A DNA stretch of 64,000 bases from an uncultured delta proteobacterium (GTDB taxonomy: Bacteria; Myxococcota_A; Polyangia; Fen-1088): assembly GCA_963796685.1 (NCBI GenBank), contig CAWCMR010000025.1:992001-1056000 (forward strand), read 5' to 3'. The position numbers and the translations under genes are program-made. The notes beneath the pieces were generated by a model. The model made no database searches. It saw only the letters and a list, made by a program, of their open reading frames with translations, and had not been told where the DNA came from. Positions 38,323-47,538 of the stretch are shown here, in pieces. How positions within the stretch are numbered: position 1 is the stretch's first letter; every line of letters begins with the position of its first letter.

Positions 38323-40035
38323 GGAACGCTCCCGACGGGCATTTTGACCGGGAACCGCCAGGACCAAGGACCGTAACCGTGTAGCAGGGCCAACCCGAGC
38401 CCGAGCGCGGAGAGCATGCTGAGGAGCGTTCCGACCGAAGCCGCGGCCGGCACGCCGAACCAAAGCCGCAGTCGGTACAGGCCAGGGGCGGGCAAGTGCA
38501 GACGCAGCAGCCCCCGGCCATCCGTCTCGAGCTCGGCGTGCGCATCCCCCGGTCCCGTATCGGTGGTCACGGCCCAACCCGGGAAGGCGTGCAGGGCCAG
38601 CCCCACGCTCGCTCCGTCATGCTCGGCGCGAAGGGCGAGGATGTGATGGCTGCCTTGGCTGCTCGTGTGCTCCACGGTCGCGCCGTCCGTGGATGCGACC
38701 AGAGCGCCAGAAGCCTGCTTGGGCGCGACCGCGGCTCGCTGGGGGAGGAATTCATCCGCTTCGGTTGTCGAGAGCACCCATTGACGGATGTTTTCCGCGT
38801 CCAATGGCACCTGGTCGGTGGACATTTCTCTTGCAGAAGCATAGGGCCACGCAACCACGAACAACAACGCGCCGACGCCGACCACGGCGATGCGGCTCTT
38901 CAGCGACTCGCTCAACCGCTCGCCAGCCGCCGCACTGCCGATGCCCAGCGCCACGCTGGCAAGCAACGCCACGGGGCCAAGGAGCCGCCACGGGAACTGG
39001 ATGAACGGCGCAAACGGCACGCGATGAGGCGCCCAAAAGGGCCTGCCTTGTGGCAACACCAAGAATACCAGCAGCGCCGCGAAGCCCATCCACGCGAGCG
39101 CCGGCCAGGCCCGCCGTGGGCGCCACGCCAACCCGAGCAGCACGACGACGAGCACGCCAAGCAGCATGGGACCCATGCGCAGAAAGTTGCGGGAGAACTC
39201 GGGCGTCCTGCTCGCGAAGAGCATGGCCAGGCTGATCCAGTTCTCCTGCGGGTCGTAGACGCTCGTGACCATCCCCGGTGTGTTCACGATGCCCCGGTAG
39301 GCCATCGCGGGCACGAGGTACACGGCGGCGAGCCCGAGTGCGCTGATCATGGCACCCACCAGCAGCAGCGCTCGGCGGATGGCCCGTCGAGCAGCGAAGC
39401 GGACCACGGAAGCCAGCACGATGAGCCCGACCACGAGCGTGCCCCACAGGCCCATAATCGCGTGCGTCATGATCATGACGGCGTGGGCGACCGCGGCCGC
39501 GACCGCGAGCCGCTGCGCCCGCCGGGGTAGCGCCTCGCGGGCAGCCGCGCGGTAAAGCGCGACGACCACGGGCAAAAGCGCGAGGCAGGCGAGCTCCGCG
39601 AGATCGCCCCGCTCGTAGAGGTCGCCGAGCCGGTAAGGCGCCGCCAGATAGGCCACCGAGCCGAGCAGCGCTGCATCGCGATCGCGGGTCTCGCCAAAAA
39701 CGAGCGCATAGGCACCAGCGCCCGCGAGAATCGAGGCCAGCAACATGACAACCTTCAGCGACCAGAAGGCGTCGAGCACGGTGGCATGAAGAAGACCGGC
39801 GATGCCGTAGACCACCGGGCCGTGGAAGATGAAGAAGGGCGAGCCGTAGCCCCCGTAGAAGTCGGGGCACCAGCGCGGGTACAGCGCACCGGCACGCAAC
39901 TCCACCGCCCACTCGACCGTCCGCACCGCATACGACACCATCTCGTGGCTCGAAGAACCAGTCGAGCCGGGCGAGCGGGACCCAGAGGCCGATGGCCACT
40001 CCGAGCACGAGGAGAAACCTGATGTCGCGTAGCAT
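38319..40035 (-). CDS. PTPS-related (GT-C fold) membrane glycosyltransferase-like protein; apparent frameshift near 39953
   Basis: GALYPRWCPDFYGGYGSPFFIF, APYRL.DLY.RGDLAE, IQFPWRLL motifs. The N-terminal TM MLRDIRFLLVLGVAIGLWVP..DWF is in another frame (TGG TTC T TCG AGC CAC GAG). Confidence 0.78.
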
Positions 40036-40055
40036 GCTTTGAGTGCGCCGGGAAT

Positions 40056-40664
40056 CTACGGCGACGTCGGGACTGAAAGGTCCAGCGGTTCGACTTCCGA
40101 GAGAGTCTTCGAGCGTGCCTGGCCGTCCATGGTGTAGTCGATGCGCAATTGTTTGCTCGTGTGGCTGGCCGGATCGCCAAAGGTGGCATTGTAGTTGTCC
40201 GCGGACAGGCTGTTGTCCTTGACCATATCGGCCAGCCTCAAGGTAAGGTCGATGGTCCGCCCGCCCACGAAATCGCCGTACTCGGCCTTGGTCACGACGA
40301 GGCGAAGCGGCGCAGGCTTCTCGTCGTAGCCGACCGTCAGGGTTCCGCTTTCCCCGACCAGCTTCTTCGCCAGCACGCCGCCCTTCCGGTACACCACCCT
40401 CAGATACTTGATCTTGCCCTCGGCCGGATCGCCGAGCAGGGCGGTCGTCGCGGTCACGCTCAGAGCGTCCTTCTTGACCAAGCCGCGGACGAGCTCGGTT
40501 ACGTCCGTGGTCAGGCCCTGGTAGAGCGCGCCCCACAGCGCGTTCACGACGACCAACTTGTGTGGATCGACGGTGGGCGCGGCGGGCTGCTTGCTCTTGC
40601 AGGCAGCCCCGCCAGCGACAATCGCGGCGGCAAGAACCACGGTGGCGGGAACGCGACGGATCAT
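40056..40664 (-). CDS. Lipoprotein with two DUF3395-like (lectin-like) repeats
   Basis: Lipobox GAAC; two copies of A.(W/Y)G...D(V/L)T..V....L......GDPA....K.LR(V/I).Y. Confidence 0.7.
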   Translation of the reverse strand: MIRRVPATVVLAAAIVAGGAACKSKQPAAPTVDPHKLVVVNALWGALYQGLTTDVTELVRGLVKKDALSVTATTALLGDPAEGKIKYLRVVYRKGGVLAKKLVGESGTLTVGYDEKPAPLRLVVTKAEYGDFVGGRTIDLTLRLADMVKDNSLSADNYNATFGDPASHTSKQLRIDYTMDGQARSKTLSEVEPLDLSVPTSP

Positions 40665-40755
40665 CCGTCCAGTATAGCGCTCCTTGCCGACCGTTGAGAG
40701 GAGTCGCCACGCGCCGCCGTGTGCGGTGCAGTCAAGACGAGGCAGGAGAAGCTAG

Positions 40756-40924
40756 CCCCTCACCCTGTCCCTCTCCCCGGCTGACGCCGGGGCGAGGGGA
40801 CTTGCTTGTTGGATCGCTTCCTTGCCCTCCCACCGTTGGGCGCCACAACGGCTGGCGCCGAGGCGCCGAACGCCCCCTCGCCCCGCGCAGCGAAGCGAAG
40901 CGGGGAGAGGGTTGGGGTGAGGGG
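40756..40924. repeat. Inverted REP pair (REPIN-like)
   Basis: cccctcaccctgtccctctccccgg...ccggggcgagggga, then cccctcgccccgcgcagcg..ggggagagggttggggtgagggg; closely similar to the reverse complement of 54179-54320. Confidence 0.8.
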
Positions 40925-40953
40925 TCTGTCCTGGTGGCTCTCCGCGCCCGGCG

Positions 40954-43900
40954 CTACCAGGTCGCGAAGGCGGTGTAGCTGGGCGTCCCGGCCGTCACCT
41001 GGATGCAGTAGCCGCCGTTCACCTTGGCGGGCAGAGCCCAATTGCTGCAGCTCATGGTCGTGTTATTGACTTTCAACGCACGACTTCCGATGTTGCTGCA
41101 GTTGCCGCCCATGAGGCTGGCCGTGGTCTGATGGCAGGTGGCGCCGGTGCCGAGATTCCCGGATTGGTAGCTCTGGCTCGTGAACACCACCGGATTGGAA
41201 CAGAGTCCGGCGCAAGGCGTGCTGCCGCCCGCCACCGTGACGCTGGCGGTTCCGCTCTTGCCGCTGCTCTGGGCGGTCACCGTGTAGGGACCGCCAGCGG
41301 TCGCGCCCGCGGTGAAAAGGCCGCCCGTGCTGATGCTCCCGCCGCCGCTCACGGTCCAGGTAAACGTTGGCTGGGTGGTCAGGTTCGTGGCGAACTGGTC
41401 GCGCGCCGTGACGGTGAACTGCTGGGTTGCCGAGGTGTTCACCGTCGCGCTCGACGGAGAGACCACGATGCTGGTCACCGTCTGGTTCACGGTGACCGCG
41501 ACCGAGCTGGTGACCGTCAGGCCGGGCTGATCCCTTACCGTGACCTGGAAGGCGTAGCTGCCGGCCTTGGTGAAGGTCGCCGTGGTGGCCTTGGCCGCGT
41601 TGGTGCCGTTGGCGCTGAAGGTGACCGCGGCCGGCGGCGTGCCGGTGGTGGCCCAGGTGTAGGTCAGGCTCGCCTCGCCGCCGTCGTCGGCGCCGAGCAC
41701 GGAGAGCGCGGCGCTGGTGCCGGTGACCGGGCTCGGATTCGAGGAAGCCGCGGTGGCGATGGTCGGTGCGGCGTTGGTCTGGGTCACGGTGACGCTTGCC
41801 GTACCGGTGATGCTGCCACTTTGAGCAGTCACCGTGTAGGGACCGCCGGCGCTCGCTCCGGCGGTGAACAGGCCGCTGCCGCTGATGCTGCCGCCGCCGC
41901 TGACCGTCCAGGTGAAGGTCGGCTGCGGTGACAGGCTGGTCGCGAACTGGTCGCGTGCCGTGGCGCTGAACTGCTGGGTTGCCGAGGTGTTGACCGAGGC
42001 GCTCGCCGGAGAGACCGCGATGCTGGTCAGGGTTTGATTGACGGTCACCGCCACGGTGCTGGTGGCGGACAGGCCGCCCTGGTCCCTGACCGTGACCTGG
42101 AAGGTGTAGTTGCCAGCCTTGGTGAAGGTGGCCGTGGTGGCCTTGGCCGCGTTGGTGCCATTGGCGCTGAACGCGACGGAGGCCGGCGGCGTGCCGGTGG
42201 TGGCCCAGGTATAGGTCAGGTTCGCCTCGCCGCCGTCATCGGCACCCAGGGCCGTGAGGGTGGTCGCGGAGCCGACGACCGGGCTGGGACTGGCGGCGGC
42301 CGGGGTCGCGATCGTCGGTGCGGCGTTGGGGATGGCCACCGAGACCGTCGCAGTGCCGGTGACGCCACCGCTCTGGGCGCTGACGGTGTAAGGACCGCCC
42401 GCGGAAGTGGCGCCCGTGAACAGACCGGTGGCGTCGATGGTGCCGCCGCCGCTCACGCTCCAAGCGAAGGACGGCTGGTTGGTAAAGTCCGCGGCGAACT
42501 GGTCATGCGCGGTGGCGACGAATTGCTGGGTTGCCAGGGGCTCGACGGTGGAGCTGGTAGGAACCACCACGATGCTGGTCAGCGTCTGAGCGACCGTGAC
42601 CGAGACGGTGCTGGTGGCGGTGAGCCCCGCCTGGTCGCTCACCGTCGCCTGCAGCGTGTAGTTGCCGGCCTTGCCGAAGGTCGCGGTGGTGCTCTTGGCC
42701 GCGTTGGTGCCGTTGGCGCTGAAGGTGACCGCAGCCGGAGGGGTGCCGACGGTGGCCCAGGTGTAGGTCAGGTTCGCCTCGCCGCCATCGTCGGCGCCGA
42801 GCACGGAAAGCGACGCGGTGGAGCCCGACACCGGATTGGGCGACGCAACCGCCGCTGTCACGACACTGGGCGGATTGTTGGGGGTCAAGGTGACGACCTC
42901 GATGCCCTCGATGGTGGCGTTGTCGGTGACGGTGGTGAAGGCGATCACGATCTGCCCCGAGGCGCTCGCAGTGGCAGTGAATTCGCGCACCACGGCCTTG
43001 TAGTTGCCGCCGGCCGCCGCGTAGATGTCGAAGCTCGACAGCGCCGTGGTGCCGTTGATCGCCACGTTGAAAACCCGCTTGCCCGTCGCGGTCTGGTACA
43101 GCTCGGCGAAGTGCAGACGGACCGTGTACTGACTGCCGGGGGTGAGGCCGGGCAGGGTATAGGTGCTGTTGCCATAGCGCTCGCTCTGGTACACGGCCAT
43201 GGGCGCCGGGCCCGTGACACCAGTGAGGCTGATGGTGTTGGTGACGGTGCGCTGGGTACCGCCGCTGGCGTACTGGTCGGCGGCAAAGGGCGAGGCGGCG
43301 CTGCTGCTGCCGGTGTCGATCTGGTAGACCGTGGTCGGCGTCGAGGACACCGTCACGCTGGCCGTGCCGCTGAAGTCACCACTGGTGGCAGTCACGGTGT
43401 AGGGACCGCCCGCGCTCGAGCCCGCCGTGAACAACCCGCTCGAATCGATGCTTCCGCCACCGCTCACGCTCCAGGCGAAGGCAGGTTGCGTGGCCAGGGT
43501 GGTGCCGAACTGATCGCGCGCGCTCGCGGTGAGCTGCTGAGTCGTGAAGGTGTTCACCGTGGCGCTGGACGGGGAAACCACGATGCTCGTGGGGGTCTGG
43601 TTCACGGTCACGGCAACCGAGCTGGTCGTGGTAAGGCCCGGCTGATCCGTCACGGTGACCTGGAAGGTATAGCTGCCCGCCTTGGCAAAGGTGGCCGTGG
43701 TGTTCTTGGCCGCGTTGGTGCCGTTGGCGCTGAAGGTGACCGCGGCCGGTGGCGAGCCGGTGGTAGCCCAGGTGTAGGTCAAGCCCGCTTCGCCAGCATC
43801 GTCGTCGCCGAGCACCGACAAAGCGGCGGTGTTGGCCGTGACGGGATTGGGGTCGGCGAAGGCCGCGGTGGCAATCGTCGGGGCGGCGTTGGGGATCACC

Positions 43901-46900
43901 ACCGAAACCGTCGCGGTCCCGCTGACGTCGCCACTCTGGGCGGTGACCGTGTAAGGGCCACCGGCGGTCGTCTGTGCCGTGAACAGCCCGTTGGCGTCGA
44001 GGGTGCCTCCGCCGTTCGCGGTCCAGGTGAAGCCCGGCTGGCTGGCCAGGGGCGTGGCGAACTGGTCGCGGGCCGTGGCCACGAACTGCTGGCTCGCCAA
44101 GGGCGCAAGCGTGGAGGTCGCGGGCGCGACCACGATGCTGGTCAGGGTTTGATCGACCGTGACCGCGACAGAGCTGGTGGTGGTGAGCCCCGCCTGGTCG
44201 CTCACGGTCGCCTGCAGCGTGTAGTTGCCGGCCTTGCTGAAGGTCGCAGTCGTGTTCTTGGCCGCATTGGTACCGTTCGCGGCGAAGGCGACCGCGGCCG
44301 GCGGGGTTCCGAGGGTGGCCCAGGTGTAGGTCAGGGTCGCTTCGCCTGCGTCGTCGTCGCCGAGCACGGACACCGACGTCGTGGCGCCCGACACCGGATT
44401 GGACGAGGTGGCCGCCGCCGTCACGATGGTGGGGGGATTCTTGGGGGCGGCGGCGACGATTTCGATGCCCTCGATGGTGGCGTTGTCGGTGACGGTGGTG
44501 AAGGCGATCACGATCTGGCCCGAGGTATTGGCGTTGGCGGTGAATTCGCGCACCACCGCCTTGTAGTTACCGCCGGCTGCCGCATAGATGTCGAAGCTCG
44601 ACAACACGGTGGTGCCGTTGATCGCCACGTTGAACACGCGTTTGCCGGTGGCGGTCTGGTACAGCTCGGCGAAGTGCAGGCGAACCGTGTACTGACCCCC
44701 GGGGGTGAGCCCAGGCAGGGTGTAGGTGCTGTTGCCGTAGCGCTCGGTCTGGTACACGGCCATGGGCGCCGGGTTAGTCACCCCGCTGGTCGTGATGGTG
44801 TTCGTGACGCTGCGCTGAGTGCCGCCGCTTCCGTACTGATCGGCTGCGAAGGGCGACACGGCGCTGCTGCTGCCGGTGTCGATCTGATAGACCGTGGTCA
44901 GGGTCGCGGACACCGTCACGCTGGCCGTGCCGCCGATGCCGCCGCTCGTGGCGGTGACGGTATAGGGTCCCCCCGCGGTGGTGCCGGCGGTGAAGAGTCC
45001 GCTGGCGCCGATGGTTCCGCCGCCGCTCACGCTCCACGTGAAGGTGGGTTGCGGCGCGAGCTGGGCGCCATTTTGATCGTAGGCTATGGCAGTGAGCTGC
45101 CGGGTCTGCCCGACGTTCACCGACGTGCTGGAGGGCGAGACCGTGATGGTGGTCAGAACCCCACCGACCTGGAAATTCGCGGCGATGTTCTTATTCCCGT
45201 TCATCGTCACGCTGAGCGGGTTCACGTTTCCGGCAGCGTCGCCGCTCCAGCCGGTAAAGACGTACCCCGGGCTCGGCACCGCGGTCAGCGTGACCACCAT
45301 GTTGGCGCTGTAGGACGTCTGGTCCGGACTCTTGGTCAGCGAGCCATTGGTCGCGGACGTGGTCAGCGTGTACATGGGGGTCGCATAGAGGCCGCCCGGC
45401 GGATCGACGTACGACATGCCGGTCTTGATCGGGTTGCTTTCGATGTCGCTGTCCGTCGCATTGTTCCAGATGAGCTTGTGGTCGACGGTGGTGGGATTGT
45501 TGTCCGCATCGTTCACGGCAACGTTGAGGCCCAGCTGCCGATACTCGGTGTAACCTGCGGCCAGAGGAGTCGGGCTCAGCGTGGGGCTACCGAAATTGCT
45601 CCAAGGGATCTTGGCTTCGATGATGTAGCCGTCGCTGGTGTCGACCTTGCTGATGACCGCGCCGGTGATCGCCTGGTTGTGCGAGAGCATGTAGGCCTGC
45701 GGCGTCGCCGAGTAGCTGATGGCCAGATGGTAATCGTATTGCGAACCGTAGGATGCGCTGCGCCCGGTGTTGTACTGCTCGGGGTAGGTGCTGAGATAGA
45801 GCTCGACACCGTCGCCATTGACAATCGCCGAGCCGGTGTTGGTGTTGGCCAGCTTGGTGTTGTCCTTCACGATCATCGCCAGGTAGAGGTTCTGGTTGTC
45901 GTACAGGGTCTGCGCGGTGACGCTGCTGTCCGCGGCTCCGCCCCAGCCCGAGCTGGACCCTTTCACCTGATAGCTGGCGTCGACCATCATCGGGTTGGCG
46001 TATCCCCATTCGCTCAGATCGCCATCGATGGTCATGGTCGCCGGGGCGGTCCGGATGACCGTCGTGGCACGGTAGGGGATCACGCCAGGCTCGATAGGCG
46101 CCTGAGGGGCGCCCGGGGTTGCCCGCACGAACGTGTGGATCGCCGAGGCGGCCGCCAAGGTGATGTTGCCGGTCGTGGTGATGTTGTTGAGGTCGATGAC
46201 GCCGATGTTTTCATTGGCGGCGAACACCAAGTGGGTGATGAGAGCGGGGGGAATGCCCATGATGGTGGCCGCCACGGCATCGACCGCGACCGGATCCTTG
46301 CTGGCCAGCACCAGGTTCATGGTGACGGCGGTACCACTCCCTGGTCCCTGGCCTTCCATGGCCTGGAGCGCGTCCATGATGGTCAAGTCCGGCACCCGGC
46401 ACGCGATGTGGTCCACGATCTCGGAGCGGATATCATGGTGCAGTCCGAACTTGGAGGTGCCGCCCGCGCCGAAGTTCCCTCCCGAGCTCCACACCGGCAA
46501 TGGGCCGGTTCCGATGCCCAGGTTCTTGACCGCACCGGTCATGCCGGCATGGTAGTGCGTCTTCATCTTGGGCATATCGATGTAGACATCCGCGTCGGTA
46601 ATGAGCGCCGGGATCTGCTCGGCAGCCCCCGTCCTGCTGTCCGCAAGCACGTAGGTATTGGTCGGATTTGCGGTGGTATCGTTGAAGTTCGCGAAGGTGA
46701 CTCCGCTGCCGAAGTTCGCGGCAGTGAATCCCTGAGCGGTCATGACGGCGATGGTGTCCACAGAGGCGCTGCCATCGGCAATGGTGATATTGGCTCCGCC
46801 ATTCGCCACCTTGATCAAATCCACGAGCGCTTTGACGACGTGCCAGTCGGTGACTGCGAGAGCCTTGCTCGTCACCATATTCGGCTTGATGAGCACGGTG

Positions 46901-47196
46901 TCGCCGTTATGGACGACGTTGGAGATGCCGCCCGGGCCGAGCGCAGCCGTGAGCGCCTGCGAAACCATCGAGCTGTAATTGAGGCTGTTGTCCTGGATGA
47001 TGGCAACCGTGGCCGGCGGCTGCGGCGAACGAGCCGGGACATTGATGGTCTGCCCGCCCGCGGCCTTGATGTGCGACTGAATGGCCAACGGATGTCGAGG
47101 ATCCACGGAGTCTGGCGTGCCTGGGCACCCGTACGCGAACAGTATCGCCCCCGCCATACCCCAGAAGGCTGCAACTCTCGTTCGGCTCATTTTCAT
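40954..47196 (-). CDS. Giant lipoprotein: DUF362 + CBM9/DOMON-like + B-repeat + PKD/Ig repeats + two malectin domains + Cys-rich C-terminal domain
   Basis: Lipobox AYGC; DUF362 VLIKPN..T...IADG, PKMKTH...TGAVKN, PDLTIMD...MEGQGP, DPVAVD; IDGDLSEW..YDNQNLYL..DGVELY..GYIIEAKIPW; GYVFTGWSGD; malectin twice. Confidence 0.88.
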   Translation of the reverse strand: MKMSRTRVAAFWGMAGAILFAYGCPGTPDSVDPRHPLAIQSHIKAAGGQTINVPARSPQPPATVAIIQDNSLNYSSMVSQALTAALGPGGISNVVHNGDTVLIKPNMVTSKALAVTDWHVVKALVDLIKVANGGANITIADGSASVDTIAVMTAQGFTAANFGSGVTFANFNDTTANPTNTYVLADSRTGAAEQIPALITDADVYIDMPKMKTHYHAGMTGAVKNLGIGTGPLPVWSSGGNFGAGGTSKFGLHHDIRSEIVDHIACRVPDLTIMDALQAMEGQGPGSGTAVTMNLVLASKDPVAVDAVAATIMGIPPALITHLVFAANENIGVIDLNNITTTGNITLAAASAIHTFVRATPGAPQAPIEPGVIPYRATTVIRTAPATMTIDGDLSEWGYANPMMVDASYQVKGSSSGWGGAADSSVTAQTLYDNQNLYLAMIVKDNTKLANTNTGSAIVNGDGVELYLSTYPEQYNTGRSASYGSQYDYHLAISYSATPQAYMLSHNQAITGAVISKVDTSDGYIIEAKIPWSNFGSPTLSPTPLAAGYTEYRQLGLNVAVNDADNNPTTVDHKLIWNNATDSDIESNPIKTGMSYVDPPGGLYATPMYTLTTSATNGSLTKSPDQTSYSANMVVTLTAVPSPGYVFTGWSGDAAGNVNPLSVTMNGNKNIAANFQVGGVLTTITVSPSSTSVNVGQTRQLTAIAYDQNGAQLAPQPTFTWSVSGGGTIGASGLFTAGTTAGGPYTVTATSGGIGGTASVTVSATLTTVYQIDTGSSSAVSPFAADQYGSGGTQRSVTNTITTSGVTNPAPMAVYQTERYGNSTYTLPGLTPGGQYTVRLHFAELYQTATGKRVFNVAINGTTVLSSFDIYAAAGGNYKAVVREFTANANTSGQIVIAFTTVTDNATIEGIEIVAAAPKNPPTIVTAAATSSNPVSGATTSVSVLGDDDAGEATLTYTWATLGTPPAAVAFAANGTNAAKNTTATFSKAGNYTLQATVSDQAGLTTTSSVAVTVDQTLTSIVVAPATSTLAPLASQQFVATARDQFATPLASQPGFTWTANGGGTLDANGLFTAQTTAGGPYTVTAQSGDVSGTATVSVVIPNAAPTIATAAFADPNPVTANTAALSVLGDDDAGEAGLTYTWATTGSPPAAVTFSANGTNAAKNTTATFAKAGSYTFQVTVTDQPGLTTTSSVAVTVNQTPTSIVVSPSSATVNTFTTQQLTASARDQFGTTLATQPAFAWSVSGGGSIDSSGLFTAGSSAGGPYTVTATSGDFSGTASVTVSSTPTTVYQIDTGSSSAASPFAADQYASGGTQRTVTNTISLTGVTGPAPMAVYQSERYGNSTYTLPGLTPGSQYTVRLHFAELYQTATGKRVFNVAINGTTALSSFDIYAAAGGNYKAVVREFTATASASGQIVIAFTTVTDNATIEGIEVVTLTPNNPPSVVTAAVASPNPVSGSTASLSVLGADDGGEANLTYTWATVGTPPAAVTFSANGTNAAKSTTATFGKAGNYTLQATVSDQAGLTATSTVSVTVAQTLTSIVVVPTSSTVEPLATQQFVATAHDQFAADFTNQPSFAWSVSGGGTIDATGLFTGATSAGGPYTVSAQSGGVTGTATVSVAIPNAAPTIATPAAASPSPVVGSATTLTALGADDGGEANLTYTWATTGTPPASVAFSANGTNAAKATTATFTKAGNYTFQVTVRDQGGLSATSTVAVTVNQTLTSIAVSPASASVNTSATQQFSATARDQFATSLSPQPTFTWTVSGGGSISGSGLFTAGASAGGPYTVTAQSGSITGTASVTVTQTNAAPTIATAASSNPSPVTGTSAALSVLGADDGGEASLTYTWATTGTPPAAVTFSANGTNAAKATTATFTKAGSYAFQVTVRDQPGLTVTSSVAVTVNQTVTSIVVSPSSATVNTSATQQFTVTARDQFATNLTTQPTFTWTVSGGGSISTGGLFTAGATAGGPYTVTAQSSGKSGTASVTVAGGSTPCAGLCSNPVVFTSQSYQSGNLGTGATCHQTTASLMGGNCSNIGSRALKVNNTTMSCSNWALPAKVNGGYCIQVTAGTPSYTAFATW

Positions 47197-47298
47197 TTTC
47201 TTCTTCTCCAGTTTAGGTTTACGGCGGGATGGTAGAGCATTCTTCGCCGGGCACAAGCATGAAGGTATTTCAGTACCTTAATCCAGAGCCGGATGCCA

Positions 47299-47425
47299 AC
47301 CACAGAGGACAAAGGGGAACACAGAGACGGATGAGAGATGAAGGGTTCGGAGCGAGATCCGGAGAACCCTTCATTCTCCGGACCTCCGTGTCCCGTGCGT
47401 TTTCTGTTGTGGATCTCTGTTGTGG
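47299..47425. repeat. Long imperfect hairpin (CACAGAG...CTCTGT REP-like family)
   Basis: ccacagagg...cacagagacgga..gagatgaagggttc / gaacccttcattctccgg..ccgtg...ctctgttgtgg in a divergent intergenic region. Confidence 0.55.
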
Positions 47426-47538
47426 AAAAGAGGCTTGTGCGCGCTCTGCATGGATAAAGTTGAGGTGCGGCGGCCTGCAGATATACCGCAATGAGCCATG
47501 ACTTGAGCCGCCTTCAAGGCTGATGGACACTACCCACC

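Noticed and set aside
42034-47235. 1733-aa plus-strand ORF
   Set aside because: Antisense shadow of the DUF362/malectin gene; Arg/Gly-rich with no motifs, as expected from high GC3.
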